Assembly (NCBI GenBank): GCA_045806525.1
Contig: JBJMJD010000009.1
Location: 6,626-70,625 of the forward strand
From: Gaiellales bacterium
Lineage (GTDB): Bacteria; Actinomycetota; Thermoleophilia; Gaiellales; JAICJC01
DNA: 64,000 nucleotides
Reading direction: 5' to 3'
Position numbers and translations under genes: made by a program. Positions 1 to 9,297 of the stretch are shown piece after piece (positions within the stretch are counted from its first letter, which is position 1; the number at the start of each line of letters is the position of its first letter). The notes beneath the pieces are model-generated. The model saw nothing but the letters and a program-made list of their open reading frames with translations, searched no databases and had not been told where the DNA came from.

Positions 1-212
1 AACATCTCGGCCTGCTGGCGGACGGCGGGCTGCTGTCGCGCCGCCGCGAGGGCCTGCGCTGCTACTACGCGATCGCCGATGACGCGGTCTTCACGCTCTG
101 CGATCAGGTCACCGCGTCGGTGCTGAGCCATCTCGACCAGCGCACCGAGCTGCTACGGGGGTCTACATCCGCGATTCCAGCGCCAGCACGTCCGCCACGT
201 AGCGCTGGGTGA
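1..212 (+). CDS. ArsR/SmtB-family transcriptional regulator, C-terminal fragment (5' end outside window)
   Basis: Frame 3 is open from the window edge to TGA at 210-212: HLGLLADGGLLSRRREGLRCYYAIADDAVF... This matches the ArsR recognition-helix/wing pattern (HL..L...GL...RREG....Y). It is absent from the ORF track because it has no in-window start. Confidence 0.55.
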   Translation, partial: HLGLLADGGLLSRRREGLRCYYAIADDAVFTLCDQVTASVLSHLDQRTELLRGSTSAIPAPARPPRSAG

Positions 213-960
213 CCCGCAGCAACCCGGACCGCCGGACGCCGGCAGGGCCCTGGTAGTAGGCGGCCAGCGCCAGCCGCTGGTCTCCGCCGAACACGTTCAG
301 CAGGTGGTGCAGGTAGGCCACGCCGATGCGGACGTTGCCGTCGGGCGTGCGCGCCACGGGATGACCGATCAGCCGCTCCGTGAACCGCCAGGTCGTGGGC
401 ATCACCTGCATCACACCCCAGGCGCCGACCGAGGAGACTGCGCCGCTGTTGTACCCGGATTCCATCCAGGCGACGGCTCGCGCCATCCGCGGATCGACGC
501 CGTAGTGGGCGGCCCACCGATCGAGCGAGCTGACCGCGTCGAAGCTGCCGCCAGCCGGCGAGGCCGGGACGGCTGCGGAGCCGGGGACGCGCAGGTCGCT
601 GCCTGCCAGCAGCACGCCGAACGGCGACATGCCGTTGATCGCGGCCAGGTGCGTGAGCGTGGTGCCGTAGCGGGCGGCGATGCCGCTGAGGGTGTCGCCC
701 CACTGCACCGTTATGCGGTGTGCGCCGGAGCTGGTGTGCCCGTGACCGGGGATGCGCAGCGTCGTGCCGGCGAGCAGCAGGCTGCGCGGCCGCATGCCGT
801 TGGCCTCCGCCAGGCGACGCAACGACACGCCGTGTGCGGATGCGATCCCGGTAAGCGTGTCGCCCCAGCGCACCGTGCAGCGCTGTGCGGCCAGGGCCGG
901 GCCGGCCGCGAACAGCGCCGCCATCGGGATCACCACCAGCAGGTATCGGAATCGGCGCAT
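163..960 (-). CDS. Secreted LysM-domain lytic transglycosylase (2x LysM + SLT-like domain)
   Basis: 265-aa ORF. Signal-like N-terminus MRRFRYLLVVIPMAALFAAGPALA. Two LysM repeats (VRWGDTLTGIASAHGVSLRRLAEANG and VQWGDTLSGIAARYGTTLTHLAAING). C-terminal SLT motifs AWMESGYN, WGVMQVMP, AYYQG. Confidence 0.85.
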   Translation of the reverse strand: MRRFRYLLVVIPMAALFAAGPALAAQRCTVRWGDTLTGIASAHGVSLRRLAEANGMRPRSLLLAGTTLRIPGHGHTSSGAHRITVQWGDTLSGIAARYGTTLTHLAAINGMSPFGVLLAGSDLRVPGSAAVPASPAGGSFDAVSSLDRWAAHYGVDPRMARAVAWMESGYNSGAVSSVGAWGVMQVMPTTWRFTERLIGHPVARTPDGNVRIGVAYLHHLLNVFGGDQRLALAAYYQGPAGVRRSGLLRVTQRYVADVLALESRM

Positions 961-1060
961 GAACTGGTGCAGTTCGCGGCCGCCCTGGCGACTCCTCCAC
1001 AGCGGCTGCGAGGACCCAGCCGGATCTTCACCTGGGCCGGCGCGTCCGCTATGCTGTGCT

Positions 1061-1080
1061 CTGACTGACTAGTCAGTCAG
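1061..1080. promoter_or_regulatory. Perfect 20-bp palindrome, candidate TetR operator
   Basis: CTGACTGACT/AGTCAGTCAG is an exact reverse complement. It sits 18 nt upstream of the tetR start at 1099. Confidence 0.6.
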
Positions 1081-1098
1081 TACCCCGGGAGCGAACAG

Positions 1099-1695
1099 AT
1101 GGCCGACCGTAAGACCGAGATCCTCGAGGCAACGTGCCGCGTCATCGCCCGGGAGGGCGCCGACGGGCTGCGCATGGGGACGGTGGCCCGCGAGGCCGGC
1201 GTCTCGAGCGCGCTCCTGCACTACTACTTCGACACCCGGGCCGACCTGCTGATGCAGGCCTTCGAGCACGCGGACATCAAGGCCGACCAGGCTGCCGACG
1301 CCGCGCTGGCCGGCATCCCGGGGGCGGTCGAGCGGCTGCGGCGGCTGCTGGAGATCTACGCCGGGGCCGATGCCGTGTTCCGTGACGACTGGGTGCTGTG
1401 GGTCGAGATGTGGCGCAGCGCGATCTTCGACGAGCGGCTGGCCGAGAGCGTGCGCCGCTCGTCGGCCTCGTGGATCGAACAGATCACGGACCTGCTGGAG
1501 CAGGCGCGCGACGAGGGGTCGATCGGCGACGCGATCGTCGTCAACGACGTGGCGATGCGGCTGGCGGCGACCGTGGACGGGCTTGGCCTGCAGATCCTTT
1601 CCGGCATCACCAGCCACGACCGAGCCGCGGAGCTGATCAGAAGCGCGCTGGCGATCGAGCTGGGGCTTCCCACAACTGCGAGGAGCGGCGTATGA
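1099..1695 (+). CDS. TetR/AcrR-family transcriptional regulator
   Basis: 198 aa. N-terminal HTH: ILEATCRVIAREGADGLRMGTVAREAGVSSALLHYYF. Its stop overlaps the next start (ATGA at 1692-1695). Confidence 0.9.
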   Translation: MADRKTEILEATCRVIAREGADGLRMGTVAREAGVSSALLHYYFDTRADLLMQAFEHADIKADQAADAALAGIPGAVERLRRLLEIYAGADAVFRDDWVLWVEMWRSAIFDERLAESVRRSSASWIEQITDLLEQARDEGSIGDAIVVNDVAMRLAATVDGLGLQILSGITSHDRAAELIRSALAIELGLPTTARSGV

Positions 1696-2804
1696 GCGTG
1701 GTCGGCGACACCAAGGGCAAGACACTGCCGGCACGGGCGTACACGTCGCCCGAGGTGTACGAGTCGGAGATGCGCGAGGTGTTCCTGAAGTCGTGGAACT
1801 TCGCCTGCCACGTCAGCGACGTCGCGGAGCCGGGCAGGTTCTGGACGACCACGATCGCGGGCGAGCCGATCGCCGTGCTGCGCGACAAGGAGGGGCAGCT
1901 GCGCGCGCTCTCGAACGTCTGCCGGCACCGCGCGGCGCGCATCCTGGACGGCCAGGGCAGCTGCCCGAAGGTGCTGCGCTGCCCCTACCACGGCTGGACG
2001 TACCGGCAGGACGGCCAGCTGGCGGCGGTGCCCGAGGCGCGCGGCTTCGAGGAGCTCGACCGCGAGAGCGTGCGGCTACCGGCCTTCCGGGTGGGCGAGC
2101 TGAGCGGGATGGTGTTCGTCTGCATGAGCGAGGAGACCGAGCCGCTCGACAGCTACTTCGGCGACCTGGCCGAGAAGCTGGCGCCGCTGCGGCTGGCCGA
2201 GCTGGGCGCCGGCCCGCGGATCGCGAACGGCTATGACCACAACTGGAAGGTGATCACCGACAACTACCTGGAGGGCTACCACATCCCGGTCGGCCATCCC
2301 GGCCTGCTGCGGCTGCTCGACTACAAGCGCTACGTCGCCACCCCTGCAAAGAACCACACCTGGATCGACGGGCCGTTCCGCAACAAGCCGTCGCGGAACT
2401 ACCAGGAGCGGCTGTACCAGAAGCTGCTGCGGCCGATGAAGGAGTTCCCCGAGGACCTGCTGGGAGCGTGGACGTACGTCCACTTGTGGCCCGCCACGTT
2501 CATCGACATCTACCCGGACCAGGTCGACACCTGGCAGCTGTTCCCCGCCGGGCTGCGGCACACCCGCACCGAGGCGCGGGTCTATCACTCGGGCTCCGGC
2601 GCCATCCGCGACCGGCTGGTGCGGGCCATCAACTGGCGCGTCAACACCAAGGTGATGGCCGAGGACGTGGAGCTGTGCGACATGGTGCAGCTGGGCCTGG
2701 AGTCGCGCACGTATGAGCGCGGCGTGCTGAACCGCAACGAGAACGGCGTGCTGGCGTTCCACGACCTGCTGCGGCAGGCCGTTCCGGGCATCGACGAGCC
2801 GTGA
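1692..2804 (+). CDS. Rieske [2Fe-2S] non-heme iron oxygenase, alpha-subunit type
   Basis: ATG at 1692, in frame with ORF 1398..2804. Rieske motif CRHRAARI...CPYHGWTY. Mononuclear-iron motif NWKVITDNYLEGYHIPVGHP. No beta subunit gene is adjacent. Confidence 0.85.
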   Translation: MSVVGDTKGKTLPARAYTSPEVYESEMREVFLKSWNFACHVSDVAEPGRFWTTTIAGEPIAVLRDKEGQLRALSNVCRHRAARILDGQGSCPKVLRCPYHGWTYRQDGQLAAVPEARGFEELDRESVRLPAFRVGELSGMVFVCMSEETEPLDSYFGDLAEKLAPLRLAELGAGPRIANGYDHNWKVITDNYLEGYHIPVGHPGLLRLLDYKRYVATPAKNHTWIDGPFRNKPSRNYQERLYQKLLRPMKEFPEDLLGAWTYVHLWPATFIDIYPDQVDTWQLFPAGLRHTRTEARVYHSGSGAIRDRLVRAINWRVNTKVMAEDVELCDMVQLGLESRTYERGVLNRNENGVLAFHDLLRQAVPGIDEP

Positions 2805-3148
2805 GGATCATCCGTGGCGATGACCGCTGGCTGTTCCTGACGCCGGAGATCGAGCGCGAGGTGCCGTCGCTGCTGGCCGCGCTCGGCGCGGGTGACGCCG
2901 ACGCCGAGGCGGGGCGGATCGAGCGGCTGATCCACGACGGGCACATGCAGGACTGGTTCGACTATCTGCGCGACTGCCGGGCGCGGCTGGAGGCGGCCGA
3001 GGTCGCCGGCGAGCAGGCGGCGTCGGCCGAACGGATGGCGGCGGTGCTGCGTGAGCAGTACCTGCTGGCGCCGGCGCTGCGCGACGACGAGGCCCATGAC
3101 GCGCCCGAGCGACGACGACTGGAGGAGCTTCTGTGGACTTCGCACTGA
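2801..3148 (+). CDS. Hypothetical protein (115 aa) coupled between the oxygenase and ACAD genes
   Basis: GTG start overlaps the oxygenase stop (GTGA). Its end overlaps the ACAD start by 16 nt. No recognisable motif. Confidence 0.4.
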   Translation: MRIIRGDDRWLFLTPEIEREVPSLLAALGAGDADAEAGRIERLIHDGHMQDWFDYLRDCRARLEAAEVAGEQAASAERMAAVLREQYLLAPALRDDEAHDAPERRRLEELLWTSH

Positions 3149-4320
3149 CCCCCGGGCAGCGTGAGCTGCGAGCCCGCGCCGCTGCGTTCGTGGACGAGGT
3201 GCTGATCCCGCTTGAGCTGACGGCGGAGCTGGCCGGCGGACGGCTGCCGGAGGCGGACCGCCGCTACGTCCGCGACCAGGCCCGCGAGCGAGGGCTCGAC
3301 TCGGGCAACCACCCGGTGGAGCTGGGCGGGCGCGGCTGGGACAACATCGAGCAGGTGCTGGTGCAGGAGGAGCTGGGCCGCAACACCAATGCGATCTGGT
3401 GGAACATGGCGGGCGGCTACAACGTGCTGTCCAGCGGGACGTCCGAGCAGATCGACCGGTACCTGCGCCCGACGCTGCGGGGCGACCGGGCCGACGCCTA
3501 CGCCGTCACGGAGGGGGGCGCAGGGTCGGACTCCGGCTCTATCGCCGGCACGGCGGTCGAGACGGCCGGCGGCTGGCACCTCAGCACCGAAAAGTGGTTC
3601 GTCACAACCGGCGACGTGGCCGACTACTTCATCGTGATGGTGAACGTGCTGCGCGACGGGGATCTGCTGCCGACGCTGTTTCTGGTCGACCGCGACACGC
3701 CCGGGATCGAGGTGGTGGACGATCCGCCCTTCACCCACAACTACCCGCACGGCCACCCCACCATCCGGTTCGACTGCGACCTGCCCCCAGACGCGGTGCT
3801 GGGCGGCCCGGACATGGTGGGCAAGGGCGCCGAGCTGCAGAACGAGTGGTTCGTGGAGGAGCGGATCCACATCGGCGCCCGTTGCGTGGGCGCGATGCGA
3901 CGGCTGCTGGCCGAGACGGTGGACTGGACGATCGAGCGCCGCCAGTTCGGCTCCCGCATCTTCGACTTCCAGGGCGTCAGCTTCCCGCTCGCCGACTCGG
4001 CGTCGGACTGCCTGGCGGCACGGCTGCTGGTCTACCACGTGGCCTCTATGGCGGATGACCCTGCCGCCGACCCCAAGCTGGTGCACCACCGGGCGAGCGC
4101 GGCCAAGCTGTTCGCCAGCGAGGCGGCCCACCGCTGCGCCGACCGGTCGGTGCAGGCGTTCGGCGGCCGTGGATACATGCGGACGAACACGGCCGAGCGG
4201 TTCCTGCGCGAGCTGCGGGTCGACCGCATCTGGGAGGGCACCAGCGAGATTCAGCGGCTGATCGTGGCCCGCGGGCTCGAGCGCCGCGGCGTCGAGACGC
4301 TGCTCGACGTGACCGGCTGA
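3133..4320 (+). CDS. Acyl-CoA dehydrogenase family protein
   Basis: 395 aa. Starts DFALTPGQRELRARAAAFVDE. C-terminal RIWEGTSEIQRLIVARGL is typical of ACADs. Confidence 0.85.
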   Translation: MDFALTPGQRELRARAAAFVDEVLIPLELTAELAGGRLPEADRRYVRDQARERGLDSGNHPVELGGRGWDNIEQVLVQEELGRNTNAIWWNMAGGYNVLSSGTSEQIDRYLRPTLRGDRADAYAVTEGGAGSDSGSIAGTAVETAGGWHLSTEKWFVTTGDVADYFIVMVNVLRDGDLLPTLFLVDRDTPGIEVVDDPPFTHNYPHGHPTIRFDCDLPPDAVLGGPDMVGKGAELQNEWFVEERIHIGARCVGAMRRLLAETVDWTIERRQFGSRIFDFQGVSFPLADSASDCLAARLLVYHVASMADDPAADPKLVHHRASAAKLFASEAAHRCADRSVQAFGGRGYMRTNTAERFLRELRVDRIWEGTSEIQRLIVARGLERRGVETLLDVTG

Positions 4321-4453
4321 TCTCTCGATTTCGGCGATGGGCCGGGGCCACGATGTGTCACGGATCCGGTGCGATCCTCGTCGAACCCGGGAGCGGATGT
4401 TTGACACCATCCGCCGGGCGCGCGAGGGTGCATCGGTGGACGGGATCCGCCGC

Positions 4454-4984
4454 ATGCGGCGCGTGTGGGTGATCGGGATCAGTGGGTCGGGCAAGACCAC
4501 GCTTGCGGCCGAGCTGGCTCGCCGGCTGGGCGTCCCTCACATCGAACTGGATGCCATGCATCACGGCCCCGATTGGGCGGAACCTGACCTCGACCAGTTC
4601 CGCGGCGACGTGGCGGGCGTCGTTGCCGGCGATGGATGGGTGGTCGACGGCGGCTACCAGCGCAAGCTCGGCACCATGGTGCCCGAGGCGGCCGACACGC
4701 TGATCTGGCTCGACCTGCCGCTGCATGTGTCGATGCTGCGCACCGCCCGCCGCTCGCTCAGCCGGGTGCTGCGCCGCGCCGAGCTCTGGAACGGCAACCG
4801 CGAGACGCTTGGCGCCCTGTTCTGGGGACGCGAGTCGCTGCTCTGGTGGTCGGTCAAGCAGCACCGTATCTACGAGCACTCGCTGCCGGAGCTGTTCGCG
4901 TCGCCCGAGTGCGCGGACAAGCGGATCCTGCGCCTGCGGTCCGCGAAGTCCGTGCGGGCGTGGCTGGCAACCGTTCCCGGCTGA
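4454..4984 (+). CDS. P-loop NTPase/kinase (adenylate-kinase-like, topology-modulation-protein-like)
   Basis: Walker A VWVIGISGSGKTTLAAELARRLG lies right after M at 4454. Upstream in-frame ATGs at 4337 and 4397 are possible, but homolog-like N-termini begin just before the P-loop. Confidence 0.7.
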   Translation: MRRVWVIGISGSGKTTLAAELARRLGVPHIELDAMHHGPDWAEPDLDQFRGDVAGVVAGDGWVVDGGYQRKLGTMVPEAADTLIWLDLPLHVSMLRTARRSLSRVLRRAELWNGNRETLGALFWGRESLLWWSVKQHRIYEHSLPELFASPECADKRILRLRSAKSVRAWLATVPG

Positions 4985-4988
4985 ACCG

Positions 4989-5204
4989 CTAGCTCTGCTC
5001 GGGCTCCGAGCGGCCCAGCCGCTCCAGCAGCTCGCCCACGCGCTGCTCGGCCTGGTTCAGCCGGGCCAGGCACAGCGCATGCAGCTGCTCGCCGCGCTCC
5101 CACAGCTTCAGCGACTCGTCCAGCGAGATCTGCCCGTCCTCCAGGCGCCGCACGATCTGCTCGAGCTCGGCCCGCGCCTGCTCGAAGGTCATCTCGTCGC
5201 TCAC
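4989..5204 (-). CDS. xseB: Exodeoxyribonuclease VII small subunit
   Basis: 71 aa: VSDEMTFEQARAELEQIVRRLEDGQISLDESLKLWERGEQL. The GTG start overlaps the xseA stop (GTGA at 5201-5204). An alternative ATG is at 5192. Confidence 0.85.
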   Translation of the reverse strand: MSDEMTFEQARAELEQIVRRLEDGQISLDESLKLWERGEQLHALCLARLNQAEQRVGELLERLGRSEPEQS

Positions 5205-6433
5205 TCCGTCACCTCCTCGACCGTGGCGGCGATCCGGCCCTGCGACAGCCGCACCCCGATCCGCTGGCCGGCCGAGACCGCGTCCGCCGCCGTCACCACG
5301 GTGCCGGCCGCGTCCTGCACGATCGCATACCCGCGTTCGAGCGTCGCCGCCGGCCCCAGCAGCCGCAGGCGGTCGAAGGCATGGCCCACTCGCACCCGCT
5401 CCCGCTCCAGGCGGCCGACCGGCCAGCGGTCGAGGCCGTCGCGCACCCGCAGCAGCGACTCCCGCCGCACGGCGATCCAGCTGCGCGGGTCGGCGAAGGC
5501 CGGCCGCGACACCAGCATCGCGAGCGACTCCCGGCAGCGGTGGGTGCGCGTCTGCAGCGCCCGCCCTGCGCGTGCGGCCAGATCGTCCAGGTCGGCGGTG
5601 ATCGCCGCGTGGTCGGGCACCACCAGCCGTGCCGCCAGGCTGGGCGTGCCCGCCCGCAGGTCGGCCACGTGGTCGACGATCGGCGTGTCCTGCTCGTGCC
5701 CGATCGCCGACACCACCGGCGTCCGGCACCGATCCACCGCCCGCACCAGCCGCTCGTCCGAGAACGGCAGCAGGTCCTCGAAGCTGCCGCCGCCGCGCGC
5801 CAGCACGATCACATCCACCTCGCCGTCCCGGTCGAGCCGCTCCAGCGCCGCCAGGATCTGCGGCACCGCGCCCGGCCCCTGCACGGCGGCCTCCTCCACC
5901 CGGAACCGCGCCGGCGGGTAGCGCACGGCGGCGGTCTCGATCACGTCGCGCTTGGCCGCTGCGTCACGTCCGCAGATCACCCCGATCACCCGAGGCAGCA
6001 GCGGCAGGGGCCGCTTCCGCTCCGGTGCGAACAGCCCCTCCTCGCCCAGGCGCCGCTTCAGGTCCTCGATCTGCCGCAGCACCAGGCCCAGCCCGTACGG
6101 CTCGATCGCGCTCACCCGCAGCCGCAGCTCGCCCCGCTTCGCATACAGCTCGGCCCGCCCCCGCGCGTGCACCCTGTCTCCCGGCCGCAGCGGCGGCCGG
6201 ATCGCCTCCAGCCGATAGCGCGGCACCAGCGCCTGCAGCGATGCGCCCTCACCCGGGTCCTTCAGCGTCAGGTAGGCGTACGTCCAGCCGCTCTGCTGTT
6301 TCATCTCGGCCACCTCGCCGTCCACCCACACCTCCGGCAGGCGCTGCAGCCAGCCGCTCACACCGTGGTTGAAGCCGGCCACGGAATAGACCTGCCGGTC
6401 GCCGTACTGCACGGGCTGGGGCTTCACGCTCAT
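5201..6433 (-). CDS. xseA: Exodeoxyribonuclease VII large subunit
   Basis: 410 aa with an OB-fold N-terminus and catalytic region (PLLPRVIGVICGRDAAAKRDV, ARGGGSFEDLLPFSDE). It sits directly upstream of xseB. Confidence 0.9.
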   Translation of the reverse strand: MSVKPQPVQYGDRQVYSVAGFNHGVSGWLQRLPEVWVDGEVAEMKQQSGWTYAYLTLKDPGEGASLQALVPRYRLEAIRPPLRPGDRVHARGRAELYAKRGELRLRVSAIEPYGLGLVLRQIEDLKRRLGEEGLFAPERKRPLPLLPRVIGVICGRDAAAKRDVIETAAVRYPPARFRVEEAAVQGPGAVPQILAALERLDRDGEVDVIVLARGGGSFEDLLPFSDERLVRAVDRCRTPVVSAIGHEQDTPIVDHVADLRAGTPSLAARLVVPDHAAITADLDDLAARAGRALQTRTHRCRESLAMLVSRPAFADPRSWIAVRRESLLRVRDGLDRWPVGRLERERVRVGHAFDRLRLLGPAATLERGYAIVQDAAGTVVTAADAVSAGQRIGVRLSQGRIAATVEEVTE

Positions 6434-6470
6434 GGCGGCAGTATCGCCCCAGAACGGCAGGTCGCGCCGG

Positions 6471-6671
6471 TCAGGTGAGGATGCGCACGGCCACCTGCGG
6501 CGCGCATCCGTGCTCGAGCATGTTCACGGCCACGTGCAGGTCGGCGTCGGCCAGCGCGATGCGCTCGGCCACGTTCAGCGGATAGCCCGCCTGCAGCAGC
6601 ACATGCAGCCTCCACGCCTCCACCTCGGCGGACGTCCCGGGCTGCACCTCGATCACTTGGGCTGCGGTCAT
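6471..6671 (-). CDS. Small hypothetical protein (66 aa)
   Basis: ATG at 6671 within ORF 6471..6755. Product MTAAQVIEVQPGTSAEVEAWRLHVLLQAGYPLNVAERIAL... has no recognisable family. Confidence 0.35.
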   Translation of the reverse strand: MTAAQVIEVQPGTSAEVEAWRLHVLLQAGYPLNVAERIALADADLHVAVNMLEHGCAPQVAVRILT

Positions 6672-6730
6672 CGGGTGATGGTACGAACGGGGTCGGACGT
6701 ACCAATCTTGGGTGGCGGGACGCTGGTATC

Positions 6731-7717
6731 GTGGCCTGCATGGGCGCCGTCGCACGCGGTCTGTGGCTCGAGTTGCGGGTGATTCCGGTGCTGCTCTGGA
6801 GCTTCTCCGCCATCACCCTCGGCACCGCTCTGGGCGGCCGATCGGACGTCGAGGGCTGGTACTACCTGGGAGCGGTGGCCCTGGGCGTGTTGATCCAGGG
6901 CGTGCTCGCACACACCCTCAACGAGATCGAGGACTGGCGCTCGGGCACCGATCGCCACGATTCGCCGCGCGTCATCTCCGGCGGCAGCAAGGTGCTGGTG
7001 GCGGGGCTGCTGACGCCGCGTGCGCTGAAGCTGCTGTTCGCGGTCGCCTTCGTCGCAACCACCGTGCTGGGACTCGCCCTGGTCGCCTCACGCGGCCTTG
7101 TGATGCTCCCGTTCGGCCTGGCGGGCGTGGCCGGAGCGGTGCTGTACACGCTGCCGCCGGTGCGGGCCGCCTACCGACCGTTCCTGGGCGAGGCGATCGC
7201 GTGCGTCTGCCTGTGGCTGTGCGTGACCGGAGCCGCCGTGCTGCAGGGCGGCAGGATCGACGGGACGGTGGCCGTGGCGGCGCTGGCGGTGGCCGCCTAC
7301 GCCGTCGGCATGCTGATGGTGCACCACTACCTCGACTACGAGGCCGACCGCTCGGCCATCCCCATGAAGACCACCACCATTGTGCTGCTGGGCCTGCGAC
7401 GGGGCCGGATCTACGCGATCGGGTGGGGGACAGTGGCGCTGGGGTCGGCGGCCGGCGCCGCCGTGGCCGAGCCGAAGCTGACGCCGCTGGCGGTGGCGTA
7501 CGTGGTCGGCCTCGCGTGTCACGTGCGCTGCCGTCCGGACGACGTCGCCTCCGTGACCACGAATGAGATGGGCATCATCTTCTTCGGCATCGCCGGCGCC
7601 CTGATCTCGGCCGCGCTGCTCGTGCCGGCGCTGGCCTGGGCTGCCCTCGCAGCCGCCGCGCTGGTCGCGCTCGAGATGCGCCTCGCGGTGCAGCCGGCGG
7701 AGACGCCTGCCGCATGA
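6731..7717 (+). CDS. UbiA-family aromatic/polyprenyl prenyltransferase (integral membrane)
   Basis: 328 aa and multi-TM. Two Asp-rich motifs: HTLNEIEDWRSGTD and HHYLDYEADR. Confidence 0.7.
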   Translation: MACMGAVARGLWLELRVIPVLLWSFSAITLGTALGGRSDVEGWYYLGAVALGVLIQGVLAHTLNEIEDWRSGTDRHDSPRVISGGSKVLVAGLLTPRALKLLFAVAFVATTVLGLALVASRGLVMLPFGLAGVAGAVLYTLPPVRAAYRPFLGEAIACVCLWLCVTGAAVLQGGRIDGTVAVAALAVAAYAVGMLMVHHYLDYEADRSAIPMKTTTIVLLGLRRGRIYAIGWGTVALGSAAGAAVAEPKLTPLAVAYVVGLACHVRCRPDDVASVTTNEMGIIFFGIAGALISAALLVPALAWAALAAAALVALEMRLAVQPAETPAA

Positions 7718-8370
7718 GCCTCGAGCTGGAGCTGGAAGCCGCCCGTGATGCCGCCCAGCACCTGGCCGGCAACGGCGAGCAGGTGGCGGCGGTGATGGCC
7801 AGCGAGCCGGGGCTGGCGGCGCGCGTCTATCTGATCGCGTTCGAGGCGGATGGGGAGCACAGCTACCTGGCGCTGGGCCCGGACCTGTCGCCGGTGCACG
7901 ACCGCCGGCTTGTGCGCGACGCCGTCGTCATGCTGGCGCTGGCGGAACGGGCCGAGGAAGCGTCCGTGGCGCTGCAGGCGGAGTCGCTCGAGCGGGAGTT
8001 TGCGACCGCCGAGCAGGCGCTGCGGGACGGCCATCCCGCCGAGGCCGCCGCGGCGGCCGATGTGCGCTCGGCGTTGCACGAGCTGGCGGAGGCCGCGGAC
8101 GGCCCGCGGGTGGCCACGCCCCTCTACCTGGACACGATCGGCGCCGCCTCCGGCCGGCTGGCCGTGGCCCTGGTCGGGCTCCGCGACCAGGTCGAGCTGA
8201 TGACCTCGCCGGGAGCCGCACCCAGCGGCGCGGCCGAGGCCGCCTGGCGGGCGCTGGGCGTGGCCGCCAGCGCCGGTGACCCGTCCCAGTTCTCGCACTC
8301 CATGACCGCGACAACCGCCGCCGCGGAGGCGCTCGCCGATGACGTGCTGGAGCGGCTGCGGCCCGTATGA
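7714..8370 (+). CDS. Hypothetical protein (218 aa, Ala/Glu-rich)
   Basis: Start overlaps the prenyltransferase stop (ATGA). No motif recognised. Confidence 0.45.
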   Translation: MSLELELEAARDAAQHLAGNGEQVAAVMASEPGLAARVYLIAFEADGEHSYLALGPDLSPVHDRRLVRDAVVMLALAERAEEASVALQAESLEREFATAEQALRDGHPAEAAAAADVRSALHELAEAADGPRVATPLYLDTIGAASGRLAVALVGLRDQVELMTSPGAAPSGAAEAAWRALGVAASAGDPSQFSHSMTATTAAAEALADDVLERLRPV

Positions 8371-8382
8371 TCCGCGGCGCCC

Positions 8383-9297
8383 GTGCGAATCGTTGACCGT
8401 CTCATCGCGACCTCGCTGCCTGTCGTGCCGCGACCGCTGGTGCGCCACTTCGCCGACCGCTACATGGCCGGCGAGACGCTGGCCGATGCCATCTCGACGG
8501 TCTCCGCGCTGAACGGGATCGGCGCCGCGGCGACGGTCGACGTGCTGGGCGAGTTCGTCCACGACGTCGCGCAGTGCCAGGCCACGGCCGACGAGTACGT
8601 CGAGCTGCTGGACGCTATCGCCGGCGAGGGCCTCGACGCCAACGTCTCGATCAAGCTGTCGGCACTGGGCGCCGAAATCGATCCTCAGCTCGCGCTCGAA
8701 CACACCCGCCGGGTGGTGCTGGCCGCCGCCGGCCACGGCAGCCGGGTGCGGATCGACATGGAGCACAGCGGTCTCACCGACCAGACGATCGGCGTCTACC
8801 GCACGCTCCGCGACGAGGGGCACGACAACGTGGGAATCGTGCTGCAGGCCTACCTGCGCCGCACCTCCGGCGACGTGCGCGCGCTGGCCGACCTCGCGCC
8901 GAGCGTGCGCCTGGTCAAGGGCATCTACATCGAGCCTCCCGACATCGCCTACACCGAGCCGGCGCTGGTCAATCGCAACTTCCTGGCGCTGCTGCGCGAC
9001 CTCGTCGACCGCGGCTGGGCGGTGGCGGTTGCCAGTCACGACAACGAGCTGGTGGGAGAGGCCCGGCGGATGGCCGACGAGCGGCACCTGCAGCCCGACC
9101 GATTCGAGTTCCAGCTGCTGCTCGGCGTCAAGGAGCCACTGCGCGACCAGCTGATCGCGGCCGGCCACCGAGTGCGCATCTACGTGCCCTACGGCCAGGC
9201 CTGGTACGCCTACTCGCTGCGACGGCTGAAGGAAAACCCCAGCATCGCCGGGTACGTTGCCCGCGACGTGGTGCGCGGCCTGGTGCGGAAGCCGTGA
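8383..9297 (+). CDS. Proline dehydrogenase
   Basis: 304 aa. PRODH barrel motifs: VDVLGEFV, VSIKLSALG, VRIDMEHS, GIVLQAYLRRT, VRLVKGIY, FEFQLLLGV, YVPYG..WYAYSLRRLKENP. Confidence 0.8.
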   Translation: MRIVDRLIATSLPVVPRPLVRHFADRYMAGETLADAISTVSALNGIGAAATVDVLGEFVHDVAQCQATADEYVELLDAIAGEGLDANVSIKLSALGAEIDPQLALEHTRRVVLAAAGHGSRVRIDMEHSGLTDQTIGVYRTLRDEGHDNVGIVLQAYLRRTSGDVRALADLAPSVRLVKGIYIEPPDIAYTEPALVNRNFLALLRDLVDRGWAVAVASHDNELVGEARRMADERHLQPDRFEFQLLLGVKEPLRDQLIAAGHRVRIYVPYGQAWYAYSLRRLKENPSIAGYVARDVVRGLVRKP

